This document shows positions 29,949 through 40,300 of a DNA stretch of 64,000 nucleotides, piece by piece. The stretch covers positions 608,001 to 672,000 of the forward strand of contig CAVRAY010000001.1 in the NCBI GenBank assembly GCA_963719225.1, written 5' to 3'. The position numbers and the translations under genes were made by a program. The stretch is from Thermoanaerobaculia bacterium. GTDB taxonomy: Bacteria > Acidobacteriota > Thermoanaerobaculia > UBA5066. Under the pieces are notes generated by a model. It had not been told where the DNA came from. It did not search any database and was given only the letters and a program-made list of their open reading frames with translations. Position 1 is the stretch's first letter, and every line of letters begins with the position of its first letter.

Positions 29949-31391
29949 CTGAAACGCTCCGATCCCTTCGCCCCTCTGGCCCCGCTCCTTGCGGCCGCAC
30001 GCACGACGCCCCTCCACCCCCTGCTCTTCCTGACCGGGGACGACGACTGGATCGTGTCCGAGGCCGTGCGCCGCGTGGCGGCGGCGTTCCGGGAGGCGTT
30101 TCCCGAGGGCGAGGTCACGGCGCACGAGGCGACGGGCGAGGGCGTCAAGGAGGCCGTCGCCGATGCGGCGACCATCGCCCTCTTCGCGACGAACCGGCTC
30201 GTCGTCCTGGAGGCAACCGAGCTGTTCCGCGGCAAGGGCCTCACGGCCGAGGAGCTAGACGCGCTTCTCGACGAGGCCGAGGAAGCGGGTGACGACGCGC
30301 GCGCCCTCGCGCGGCTCGGACGCAGGGCCGGCGCCCTCGCCGCGGCAGCCGGCGTCCCCATCGGCGACGATCCCGAGGAGGCGGCACGCCGGATCGCCGG
30401 GCGCGTCAAGCGGGCGGACCGGGCCGGGTCGCTTGCCGCGCTTCTCGCGAGCGTCCCGGAGTCCGAGGGAGTGGAGACGGCGCTCGAGACGCTCCTCGAT
30501 TTCGCGCAGCGCGCGCGACCTTCCGACAACGTTCTTCTGGTCCAGGCCCTCTCACCGGATGCGCAGCACCGCGGGACGCAGAGTCTCAAGCGCTCGGCGC
30601 GGTCCGCGGATCTGTCCGTGCCCGATGAAGCGTCGCGCCGCGACCGCCTCTCGGCGCTCGGTCTCGAACGCGCGATCGAGCGGAAGATGCTCGTCGACAA
30701 GGAGGTGTTCGACCTCCTCTCGGGGCGCGGCCGGCTCTTCGCGAGGCCGTTCCTCTCGGACCTCGACCGCCTCATCGATGCGGCAACCGGACCGCGAGTC
30801 ACCGGTGAGGAGGCCGCGCGACAGATCGCCGACGAGAGCAAGGAATACGGATCGGACTTCGTCGAGGCCGTCGTCCAACGCGATCTTTTTCAGGCGCTGC
30901 GCCTGCTCGCGAAGCTCCTTTCCGGGGCCACGTTCACGGCGTTCCGGCCCTGGGGAGGCAGAGAGGAAGCGCCCGCCGGAAAGAAGGGTCCCCGCGGCGA
31001 CGCCGCCTTCTTTCCGCTTCTCGGTCTCCTCGCGGCCGAGCTTCGGCGCATGCTCGCCCTTCGGGCGGGGCTGGACGAACGCCAGGTCCCTCCCGCCCTG
31101 GTCCGGCGCACGGACTATCGCGGGTTCGTGGATCGGGTCCTGCCCGCGCTCAAGGCGCCGCGAGAGGGGCTTCCACCCTTCTTCGTCGAAGCGCATCCCT
31201 TCGTCCTGCACAAGGCCTATCTCGCGGCTCTCGGCTGGACCCTGGAAGACCTCCGGCGCGCGCTCATGGGTCTGGAAGCGGTGGACCGCGGCGTGAAGAG
31301 CGGAGCCGGATCCGGCCCCGAGCTCCTCGAGGCCTGGCTCCTGGAGCGCCTGCCGCCCGCGCCCGTCCTCGCGGCCGGAAGGGTGGGCTGA
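29949..31391 (+). CDS. holA: DNA polymerase III delta subunit-like protein (expanded)
   Basis: LLFLTGDD, A.TIALFATNRLVVL, HPFVLHKA and D..VKSG..P..LLE motifs. Start inferred at CTG 6 nt after GGAG. Confidence 0.68.
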   Translation: MKRSDPFAPLAPLLAAARTTPLHPLLFLTGDDDWIVSEAVRRVAAAFREAFPEGEVTAHEATGEGVKEAVADAATIALFATNRLVVLEATELFRGKGLTAEELDALLDEAEEAGDDARALARLGRRAGALAAAAGVPIGDDPEEAARRIAGRVKRADRAGSLAALLASVPESEGVETALETLLDFAQRARPSDNVLLVQALSPDAQHRGTQSLKRSARSADLSVPDEASRRDRLSALGLERAIERKMLVDKEVFDLLSGRGRLFARPFLSDLDRLIDAATGPRVTGEEAARQIADESKEYGSDFVEAVVQRDLFQALRLLAKLLSGATFTAFRPWGGREEAPAGKKGPRGDAAFFPLLGLLAAELRRMLALRAGLDERQVPPALVRRTDYRGFVDRVLPALKAPREGLPPFFVEAHPFVLHKAYLAALGWTLEDLRRALMGLEAVDRGVKSGAGSGPELLEAWLLERLPPAPVLAAGRVG

Positions 31392-31395
31392 GCCG

Positions 31396-34300
31396 GTGGC
31401 CGAGACTCTCCGCCCGCCCGTGCGTTTCGACCGGCGCGACCGTGTCTTCGTCGTCCTCTGCCTGCTGACGATCCTCGCGGGCGCTGCGGTCTTTCACGCG
31501 GGATTCTCGCGGGCGTTCCCCGAGGCTTCGATCGACTTCAAGGTGACGCGCGAGGAGGCCGTTCGGCGCGGCGCCGAGGCGCTCCGCGCGCGCGGATTCG
31601 AGCTCGAGGGCACGCGCGCGCTCGTGGTCTTCGACGGCGACGACGAGGCGAAGGTCTACCTCGAGAGGACGCTCGGCCTCGAGAAGGCGAACCCTGTCTT
31701 CAAGACGACGGTTCCCGTGTGGCGCTGGTCGGTGCGCTGGGTGCGCCCGCTCGAGAAGCTGGAATACCGCGCGGCCGTGGCGCCGGACGGACGCCTTCTC
31801 GCGGTTCGGCGGATCCTGCCGGAGAAGGCGGCCGCGCCCGACCCCGGCGAAGCCGCGGCGCGCACCCTCGCGGAGGCGGAGATCAGGACTTTGCGCGGCC
31901 TCGACCCCTCGGCCCTGAAGTTCATCGAGACGACCGTCAACAGGCGGCCGGAGCGCGTCGACCGGACGTTCGTGTGGGAGTCGAACACCATCCGCTTCGG
32001 GGATGCCGCCCTCCGCTACCTCGTCGAGGTGCAGGGCGACCGCGTCGGACGCTCGTCGCTTCATTTCGAGGTCCCGGAGAAATGGCGTCGCGACTACGAG
32101 ACCCTCCGCTCGAAGAACCTCGCGGCGGGTACGGTGGCCACGCTCGGGCTCCTCCTCACGGCGCTCGCCGTCCTCGTCGTCTTCCTCGAGAGGGTTCGCC
32201 GGAAGGACGTCAAGTGGAAGTGGGCGCTCGCCTTCGCGGGCACGGGCGCCGTCCTGCAGCTCTTCGCGTCGCTCAACGAGATGCCGATCCGCCTCTTCGA
32301 TTACGACACCGCGGACGCCTGGGCGGGTTTCGTGGCGAAATCGGTGGCGGGCGACGTGGGCGGCGCGATCGCCCTCGGCGTCGTCCTCCTGCTCCTCGTG
32401 GCCGCGGGGGAGCCTCTCTACCGCGAACGCTATCCCGACAAGCCCGCGCTCGGCCGCCTCCTGTCCCTGCGCGGCATCTCCTCGAAGCGGTTCTTCCGCG
32501 GCCTACTCCTCGGTTACGCGATGACGGCGTTCTTCTTCGCGTACCAGATCGTCTTTTACCTCGTCGCCGCGCGCTTCGGCGCGTGGGCTCCCGCGGACGT
32601 CCCGTACTCGAACCTCCTCGGCACGTGGTTCCCCTGGGCCGGCGTCCTCCTGATGGGGTTCCTGCCCGCGACGACCGAGGAGTTCTCGTCGCGCATGTTC
32701 TCGATCCCCTTCGCGGAACGGTTCCTGCCGCGGTGGGGGGCCGTCGTGGTGCCGGCGCTCATCTGGGGCTTCGCGCACAGCACGTATCCGAACCAACCCT
32801 TCTACATCCGGGGGCTCGAGGTGGGCTTCGCGGGGATCCTCATCGGCGCCGTGATGCTGAAGGCGGACATCTTTCCGCTCCTCGTCTGGCACTTCACCGT
32901 GGACGCCGTCTACACGGCGCTCCTTCTCCTGCGGTCGTCGAACCCCTACTTCGTCGTCTCGGGGGCCGCCGCGTCTCTCATCCTGCTGCTTCCGCTCGCC
33001 GTCTCGCTCCTTCTCTATTTCCGGCGCGGCGGCTTCACGCCCGAGGACGACCTCTCGAACGCCGCGACGGGATCGGCGCCCGCGCCGCCCCGCGTCGAGG
33101 AAAGTGTCCCGTCCGCCTGCGCGCCGCCGCGCGCGATCTCGCCCGGACGCGCCGTCGCCGCTCTCTTGCTCGCGTTCGCGGCCTTCGGGGCGGCACGTTT
33201 CTTCCTGCCCCCGCCGGGGCCATGGGAAGGGGTACGCGCGACCGTGGACAGGACGCGTGCGAAGGCGGCGGCGGACGCCTACCTGAAGGCGGCGGGGGAC
33301 GATCCGGCCGGCTACCTTTCGGTCGCGACGACGGCGACCGCCCTTCCCGCTCTCGAGGACCCCGCGGAGACGGGACAGGACCTCCTCCCGTATGGCGAAT
33401 CCGCCCAAGCCGAGCGCTGGCTTCTCGAGCGGGGCGGAATGCCGCTCCTCGTGCGATGGGCGCGCGAGATCCTTCCCGGGCCGGTCTGGAACGTGCGATA
33501 CGTGCGCGCCCTCGACGAGCACGGGGCGACCGTCGCCGTGGATGCGCGGAGCGGCCGGATCGTGGGTTTTCGCCGGACGTTCCCCGAAGCGGAAGCGGGC
33601 GGGAGCCCCGACGAGGGCGTCGCGCGCGCGAAAGCGGCTTCCGTCTTCACGTCGTTCGGCCTGGACCCCCTCGGCTGGGACGTCGTCTCGTCGAAGAGCG
33701 AGGCGCGCAAGGCGCGGAAGGACACGCACGTCGTCTCCGAGTCGAAGCTGGAGAGGGCCGGCGAGGCCACCCGGCGCGTCGTGACGGGCCTCGCAGGCGA
33801 CGTGCCCTCGCTCTATGCGACGGCCTTGAAGCTGCCGGAGGAATGGGTGCGCGCGCGCGAGAAATCCACGACCGCGACCTACGTCGCGATCTGCTGGAAG
33901 ATCCTCGCGTGGGGGACTCTCGTCGGCCTCCTCGTCGTGGAGCTCGTGCGCCTCGCGCGCGCCGGGACGATCCCCTGGCGCCGCTCGCTTCGGCTCGGGG
34001 CTCTTCTGGCCCTGCCGGCGGTCCTCGCGCGCCTCGTCGCTCTTCCGCTCGTCCTCGCGCGGTACGACTCGCAGTTCTCGATGGGCGTCTTCGCCGTCGT
34101 GGCGGGCGTGGGCCTTCTCGTCGCGGTCCTGATCTCGTTGGGAGGGGCGCTCCTCGCCGTCGCCCTCGTCCTGTCCGTGAAGGGAGACGCGGTCGCGGCT
34201 TTCCGCCGGGCCGGGGCCGACGGCCCGCGGGCTCTCGCGGCCGGCGCCGGCGCCGCCGTGTTGATTCTTTCCATCCGCGCGCTCGCGCGCGGAGTCGAGG

Positions 34301-34794
34301 CCGCGTTTCCGCTCGAGGCGGGCGTCGCGGGTTTTCCGTTTCCGACGGGAGTCGAGACGATTCTCCCCGCCGCGGTCGCGATCGGCGCCCTCGTTCTCCG
34401 CATGCTGCTTTTCGCGGGCGGCGCCGCATTCCTCGCGCTTCTTCTCCGCGATGCCCTCGTGAAGCCGGTCTTTCGCGTGGCGTTCTTCGTCCTCGCGATC
34501 GGTCTCTTCGCGCCGTTCGGCGCCCGCTCTTTCGGCGAGCTCCTCGTGCCGGTTTTCGCCGGCGCGCTGACCGGCCTCGCCTTCCTCGCGGCGATCGCGA
34601 TCTTCCTGAGAGACGACCCGCGCGCGTACGTCTTCTCGGCCGCGTTCCTCGGAGCGGCGGGGGCCGGCGCCGACCTCGTCTCGAGCGGCATCGCGCCGTG
34701 GGTCTGGAACGGCGTCGCCGTTCTCGCCTTCGTCGCGCTCCTCGTCGTCCGCTTCGGCCTCGACCGGCCGGGGCAAGCGCCTCTTCCCGCCTAA
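31396..34794 (+). CDS. Large CPBP (CAAX/Abi-family) intramembrane metalloprotease with an internally duplicated soluble domain
   Basis: EEFSSR, WGFAH and HFTVD motifs; many TM helices; two homologous extramembrane domains. Confidence 0.85.
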   Translation: MAETLRPPVRFDRRDRVFVVLCLLTILAGAAVFHAGFSRAFPEASIDFKVTREEAVRRGAEALRARGFELEGTRALVVFDGDDEAKVYLERTLGLEKANPVFKTTVPVWRWSVRWVRPLEKLEYRAAVAPDGRLLAVRRILPEKAAAPDPGEAAARTLAEAEIRTLRGLDPSALKFIETTVNRRPERVDRTFVWESNTIRFGDAALRYLVEVQGDRVGRSSLHFEVPEKWRRDYETLRSKNLAAGTVATLGLLLTALAVLVVFLERVRRKDVKWKWALAFAGTGAVLQLFASLNEMPIRLFDYDTADAWAGFVAKSVAGDVGGAIALGVVLLLLVAAGEPLYRERYPDKPALGRLLSLRGISSKRFFRGLLLGYAMTAFFFAYQIVFYLVAARFGAWAPADVPYSNLLGTWFPWAGVLLMGFLPATTEEFSSRMFSIPFAERFLPRWGAVVVPALIWGFAHSTYPNQPFYIRGLEVGFAGILIGAVMLKADIFPLLVWHFTVDAVYTALLLLRSSNPYFVVSGAAASLILLLPLAVSLLLYFRRGGFTPEDDLSNAATGSAPAPPRVEESVPSACAPPRAISPGRAVAALLLAFAAFGAARFFLPPPGPWEGVRATVDRTRAKAAADAYLKAAGDDPAGYLSVATTATALPALEDPAETGQDLLPYGESAQAERWLLERGGMPLLVRWAREILPGPVWNVRYVRALDEHGATVAVDARSGRIVGFRRTFPEAEAGGSPDEGVARAKAASVFTSFGLDPLGWDVVSSKSEARKARKDTHVVSESKLERAGEATRRVVTGLAGDVPSLYATALKLPEEWVRAREKSTTATYVAICWKILAWGTLVGLLVVELVRLARAGTIPWRRSLRLGALLALPAVLARLVALPLVLARYDSQFSMGVFAVVAGVGLLVAVLISLGGALLAVALVLSVKGDAVAAFRRAGADGPRALAAGAGAAVLILSIRALARGVEAAFPLEAGVAGFPFPTGVETILPAAVAIGALVLRMLLFAGGAAFLALLLRDALVKPVFRVAFFVLAIGLFAPFGARSFGELLVPVFAGALTGLAFLAAIAIFLRDDPRAYVFSAAFLGAAGAGADLVSSGIAPWVWNGVAVLAFVALLVVRFGLDRPGQAPLPA

Positions 34795-34795
34795 C

Positions 34796-36463
34796 ATGGT
34801 GAGATTCCTCTCTGCCGCTCTGCTCATCTCCGCTCCGGCGGCCCTCGTCGCCATGAGCGCTGACGGTGCCACCCAGTCCGTCAACCCGGGAAGCGCGTGG
34901 TGCGGCGTCGTCAACGCCGCCGCTCCGGGCGACACGATCGTCTTCGCGGCCGGGATCTATACCGGGACGTGCTCGATCACGGCTTCGGGTTCTCTGGCGG
35001 CTCCGATCACGTTGCGCTCGCAAACCGCCTCTGCCGCCGATCGCGCGGTCCTGGCCTATCCCGGCACGAGCAGCAACATCGTCGACGTCTACGGCTCCTA
35101 CCTCGTGTTCCGCTGGCTGACCTTCGGCCCGACGGCGCCCGGCGGCGGCGTGAATCCTCTCAAGCTGCGGAGCAGCGTCCAGGGAATCGTCGTCGATCAG
35201 AACGTCTTCCAGGGCACCGACATCGCCGTCGCTGCGAACTCCAGCGGCAGTACCTATCGGAGCATCTCGATCACGAACAACGTCCTGACGAACATGCAGT
35301 CGACCGGCCTCTATTTCGGCTGTCACGACGGCACGTCCTGCCACGCCCTCGACATCCTCATCCAGGGAAACCTCATCGACACGGTGCAGCCGGGCGACGG
35401 CGTGGGCTACGGACTGGAGATCAAGCTGAACTCCTGGGCCACGATCCTCGAGAACACGGTCTACGACCCGCAGGGTCCGGGCATCGATGTCTACGGCTCG
35501 AATCGGGGCGATCCTCCGAGCGTCGTCGAGCGCAACTACGTCGAAGGGTCACGGAGCGACGCCGGCATCAACGTGGGCGGGGGCCCCGCGATCGTGCGCA
35601 ACAACATCGTCGTGGGCAACGCGTACCACGGGATCTGGGCCCAGGATTACGGCGGTCGCGGTCTTCAGCAGAACGTCTGGATCGTCGAGAACACGGCACT
35701 CGCGAACCAGACCGGGGGAATCAAAGTCAGCAACTGGCAGGCGGGCGCGGGCAACGTCCTCGCGTTCAACGCCGTCGCGCCTCTCCTCGGCACGCCGGCG
35801 CTGGCGCCGGCCTCGCCGGTCGCCGACACGCTGCTGGGAAACGTGGCCTGCGTCCCGGCGGCGAGCTGTTTCGTGCAGCCCGTCTCGGCGCCCTACGATC
35901 TCTGGCCTCTCTCGGGCGGCCCGCTGATCGGAGCGGCCGCGAGCGGTTTGCAGCCCTGGCGCGTCGGCAACGACTTCATGTGCGCGCCGCGGGGAATCGC
36001 GGCGGATACGGGAGCGATGCAAAGAACCTCTGCCGGCAATGGGCCCCCGCTCGGTGGCGGCGGCGCCCGGCCCGCGTGCGGCTCGGGCGGCACGCTCCTC
36101 CACACCCTGACTCCGTGCCGCGCCGTGGATACGCGCAACGCACCTGGCGCGTGGGGCGGTCCTGCGCTCCTCGCGGGCGCGCAGCGCAGCTTCGTCCTCG
36201 CGGGCCGGTGCGGGATCCCGCCGACCGCACGCGCCGTCACGGCGAACGTGACGGTGACGACGCCGGCCGCTGCCGGCGTCCTGAGTCTGCGCCCGGGAGG
36301 CACGGCTCCGGTTCTGGCCTCGACGATCAATTACGGGCCCGGCCAGACCCGCGCGAACAACGCGGTGCTTCTGCTGGGCGCGGCGGGTGACGTGGTGGTG
36401 GCCTGCGGCCAGGCCTCCGGCACGACGCAGTTCGTCATGGACGTTACCGGCTACTTCCAGTAG
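34796..36463 (+). CDS. Secreted right-handed beta-helix (pectin lyase-like) protein with a C-terminal TPCR..DTR/DV.GYF domain
   Basis: Signal peptide, AAPGDTIVFAAGIY, repeated IxxN strands, a choice-of-anchor-Q-like segment and C-terminal FVMDVTGYFQ. Confidence 0.78.
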   Translation: MVRFLSAALLISAPAALVAMSADGATQSVNPGSAWCGVVNAAAPGDTIVFAAGIYTGTCSITASGSLAAPITLRSQTASAADRAVLAYPGTSSNIVDVYGSYLVFRWLTFGPTAPGGGVNPLKLRSSVQGIVVDQNVFQGTDIAVAANSSGSTYRSISITNNVLTNMQSTGLYFGCHDGTSCHALDILIQGNLIDTVQPGDGVGYGLEIKLNSWATILENTVYDPQGPGIDVYGSNRGDPPSVVERNYVEGSRSDAGINVGGGPAIVRNNIVVGNAYHGIWAQDYGGRGLQQNVWIVENTALANQTGGIKVSNWQAGAGNVLAFNAVAPLLGTPALAPASPVADTLLGNVACVPAASCFVQPVSAPYDLWPLSGGPLIGAAASGLQPWRVGNDFMCAPRGIAADTGAMQRTSAGNGPPLGGGGARPACGSGGTLLHTLTPCRAVDTRNAPGAWGGPALLAGAQRSFVLAGRCGIPPTARAVTANVTVTTPAAAGVLSLRPGGTAPVLASTINYGPGQTRANNAVLLLGAAGDVVVACGQASGTTQFVMDVTGYFQ

Positions 36464-36486
36464 CTCACGGCGCAGACGGGACGCCT

Positions 36487-37350
36487 CTAGCGCCCTCCTG
36501 CCTTCCGCCATTCCCATTCGGCGAGGCGCTCGCGGGTGCCGAGGCCGATGGCGCGGTGCAGGTCGACGAGGAGCCGGGAGGCCTCGGGGTCGCGGAAGGG
36601 AGGCGGGCCGAGGCGCGTGAGGACCGCCTCGGGGTGCTCCGGAGGCGCGAACGAAGAGCGCAGCGCGGCGACGGGCTCGCCGGGACGGTAGTACAGCTCG
36701 GGCCTCTCCAGGATGTGCCGCGCCAGCGGCTCGGGCGGCTCGGCCGCCTCGCCCGATTTAGAGGCGTCCGCCTCGCGGGCTTCGGCCTTTCGATCGGGGC
36801 GCGTCCGCGCGCGTTGCAGGCCCTGGAGAAGCTCCTCGCGCGGGACGCCGCGAAGGAGGAAGACGAGGAACGGGTCGTCCTGGAGGCGGTCGCCGAGCAG
36901 CACGGCGAGGGCGCCGGCGTGCGCGCACGGCTGCTCGGACTCGGCGCACGAGCATCTCGTGACGACGTCGCCGGCCTCCAGCGGAAGGAGCGAGCGGCCC
37001 GTTTCGCTGAACGCGCTCTCCACGTCCTCCGGTAGGCGGCCGGCGAGAAGGTCGGCCGCGTACCGGGCGCGCGCCGCCATCGCCTTGAGGACACGGCGCT
37101 TGACGACCGACTCGAGCGGCCGGAGCGATAGCGACGTCTCCTCCATCTCGCCGCCTGCGCCCCGGACGTCCGAACGGGCCCCGGAACGCGCGATCTCGAG
37201 CGACGTGACCGCGCCCGAGGCCGCGACCGCGCGCCCTTCCGTGAGTGCGTCCTCCCAGCCGAGCGAAGCGAGCCGCGCGAGGAAGCGATAGGCCCATCCG
37301 CTCTCGGGAGGCGTCGCGCGCGGAAGGAGAGCCTTCTTGCGGCGCGGCAT
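36487..37350 (-). CDS. SWIM zinc-finger protein
   Basis: CSC......CAH SWIM motif, LLAGRLP and DPFLVFLLRG; coupled to the SNF2 gene. Confidence 0.85.
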   Translation of the reverse strand: MPRRKKALLPRATPPESGWAYRFLARLASLGWEDALTEGRAVAASGAVTSLEIARSGARSDVRGAGGEMEETSLSLRPLESVVKRRVLKAMAARARYAADLLAGRLPEDVESAFSETGRSLLPLEAGDVVTRCSCAESEQPCAHAGALAVLLGDRLQDDPFLVFLLRGVPREELLQGLQRARTRPDRKAEAREADASKSGEAAEPPEPLARHILERPELYYRPGEPVAALRSSFAPPEHPEAVLTRLGPPPFRDPEASRLLVDLHRAIGLGTRERLAEWEWRKAGGR

Positions 37351-40300
37351 CAGTGGCCTCCGTCCGTCTCGATCGCGCTCGTGTCGAGAGCCACGAGCTC
37401 CGTGAGCTGCTCGTCCGAGAGCGTCGCGATCCACTGCTCGCCGGCGCCCACGATCGAACGGGCCAGCGCTTTCTTCTCCTCGATCATCCGGTCGATGCGC
37501 TCCTCGAGCGTGCCCTTGCAGACGAACTTGTGGACCTGGACGTGCTCGGTCTGACCGATGCGGAAGGCGCGGTCGGTCGCCTGCTCCTCGACGGCGGGAT
37601 TCCACCAGCGGTCCACGTGGAAGACGTGCGACGCGCGGGTCAGGTTCAGGCCGGTGCCCCCCGCGCGCAGCGAAAGCACGAAGAACGGAGGCGGGTCCTC
37701 ATCCTCCTGAAAGCGGCGGACCATCTCCGTGCGCGTGTGGCGCGGAACCGCGCCGTGCAGGAAGAGCACTTCGCAGCCGAAGCGCTCCTTCAGCTCGGCG
37801 ACGAGGAGATGACCCATCTCGGCGAACTGCGTGAAGAGCAGGGCGGGGCTCTTCTCGGCGAGCGTCTCTTCGCACATCTCGAGGAGGCGGGAGATCTTCG
37901 CCGAGCGGCCGTTGCGCCGGGCGTCCCCGAGAAAGAGAGCCGGGTGATCGCAGATCTGCTTGAGGCGGAGGAGAAGGAGCAGGATCTTCGCCTTGCGGCT
38001 GCGTCGGTTCGCCCGCCCGATGCCGGAAAGAAGGGATCGGGTCGTCGCGCGATAGAGCGCGGCCTGCTCGCGCGTGAGGCCGACGAGCTCCTTGGTCTCG
38101 ATCTTCTCGGGGAGGTCGGGGACGACGCCGGGGTCGGTCTTGGCGCGGCGCAGAAGGAACGGGCCCGTCACGTGGCGCAGGCGCGCGGAAGCGGCCGGGT
38201 CGTTGTGCCGCTCGATCGGGATCGCGAAGCTGCGCCGGAACGCGTCGTCCGTGCCGAGGAGGCCGGGATTGAGGAAGTCGAAGATGGACTTCAGCTCGGC
38301 GAGTCGGTTCTCGACGGGCGTGCCGGTGAGGGCCGCTCGCCGATGCGCGCGGAGGGAACGCGCGGCGCGCGACTGCGCGGCCGCCGGGTTCTTGACGTTC
38401 TGCGCCTCGTCGAGCGCGAGGTATTCCCACGTAACGCCCGAAAGGAGTGCGCGGTCCCGATGCACGAGGGCGTACGTCGTGACGAGGAGGTCCACCTCTT
38501 TGAGGAGCCGCGAGAACGCCTCGCCGCTCGCGCGCCCCGCGCCGTGGTGCACGAGGACGCGAAGCTGGGGGGCGAACCGCTCGGCCTCACGGACCCAGTT
38601 CTCGGCGACGGACGTCGGGCACACGAGAAGGGACGGACCAATGCGCTCTCCGGCGTCGCGCGCGGCGAGGAGAGCGGCGAGGAACTGGATCGTCTTGCCG
38701 AGCCCCATGTCGTCGGCGAGGCAGGCGCCGAGGCCGCGCGAGAGCAGGAAGCGCAGCCATCCGACGCCGCGCATCTGGTAGGGGCGCAGGATGCCCGTCA
38801 GGCCGCGCGGCGCGGTGAAGCCCGCGATCTCGCGCCGGGCGGTCTCGGGATCGAGGAGACGCCCGACCCATCCTTCGCCTCCCACGGCGTCGACGAGGAC
38901 GTCGTCGCGCTCGCCGTCGAGCCCTCCCGCGAGCCGCAGCAGCTCGCCGAGCGTCGTGCGGCCCCCGGGCCTGCGGTCGAGGAGGCGCCGCGCCTTCTCG
39001 AGGTTCTCCTTGTCGAGGAGAACCCACTCCCCCCGGATCTCGACGAGCGGGATCTGCCGGGCGGCCAGCTCCTCGAACTCGTGAGGAGAGAGGAGCGCGT
39101 CGCCCACGGCCACGCGCCAGTCGAAGTCGACGAGGGCATCGAGGCCGAAGCGCACCACGGACGAGTCGGCTTCGCCCGTTCCCGGAGCTCGCGCGACGAG
39201 CTTGAGCGCGACGCGCGCGAGGCTGCCGCCGCCGGGCAGGCGAACGGCGATGCCGGCCTCGCCGAGCAGCGGGGCCTCGTCGGACAGGAAGCGCCACGCT
39301 TCGTCCGGGGACAGGACGACGCCCGTAGGGTGCCTCTCCTCGAGGCTGCGCGCGACGGGGCGCGAGAGCGCCGCCGCCGTTCCGAGACGCGCGAGGAGGG
39401 TGTCCTGCGGGTTCGTGAACAGGCGCCCGCGCCGTCGCACCGATCCTTCGGTCGTGGCCCAGATCTCCTCCGCCGAGAGGGAGACTTCCGGGCTGTCCCC
39501 GGACTCGAGGACGTACGCGAGCGAGAACGGACCGCCGACTTCGGACGGCGGCACGACACGGATGCCGAGGCGGAGCAGGCTCTCGGGAAGGGGATCCAGG
39601 AGCGGAAGGCTCCACTCGCTGAGGCGCGAAAGGACGGCCGGCTCGAGCGCGCGGGCCGGAGGAGCCGCGAGGGCGGCGATGACTTCCGCCTCCATTGTGT
39701 CGCCCGCGCGGCGCCGCTCGGCCGGAAGGACGTCCCTGAGCACGTCGCGCGCTGCCGCGTCGACGGCCTGGTCGAGAAACGCGAGGAGGAGGCCGCGCGC
39801 CGGCGGAAGCGCGCTGTCGGCTCCGAGGCGCGCGCCCGGCGGCAGGATCGCGCGCGAGACCGGAGGCATCGCCTCGGCCAGACGCCGGAGACGTTCCCTT
39901 TCGTGCGGATCGTCGAGGACAGGCCGCCAGACGGGATGAGTGCCGTTCGCTCCCGGCGCGATGCGCCTGCGAAGCAGGAGGTCGAACGCCCACCGCGCTC
40001 CTTCCGCCCAGTAGTCGAGATCGTCGCCTGCCGACACGGAGAAAGGGCGCGCGCGGAGCGCCGCGGGGAGCGCGAGGAGGGTTTCGAGTGCGGCCGCCAT
40101 CGGCAGGACGAAAGCAGGCACTTCGTAGATCCGGAGCGCCGCGGAAAAGGGCGCCGCATAGTCGGCGGGCTCCCGGAGAGCCGGCGCAGACGGAACGGGG
40201 CGCCCGTGAACCGCCGGGACGGCGAGCAGGAGCGTGACGGTCTCTGTGCGCGGCGAGAGACACGTCGCAAGGCTCTCGGCGCTCAGCGCCTCCAGGATCT

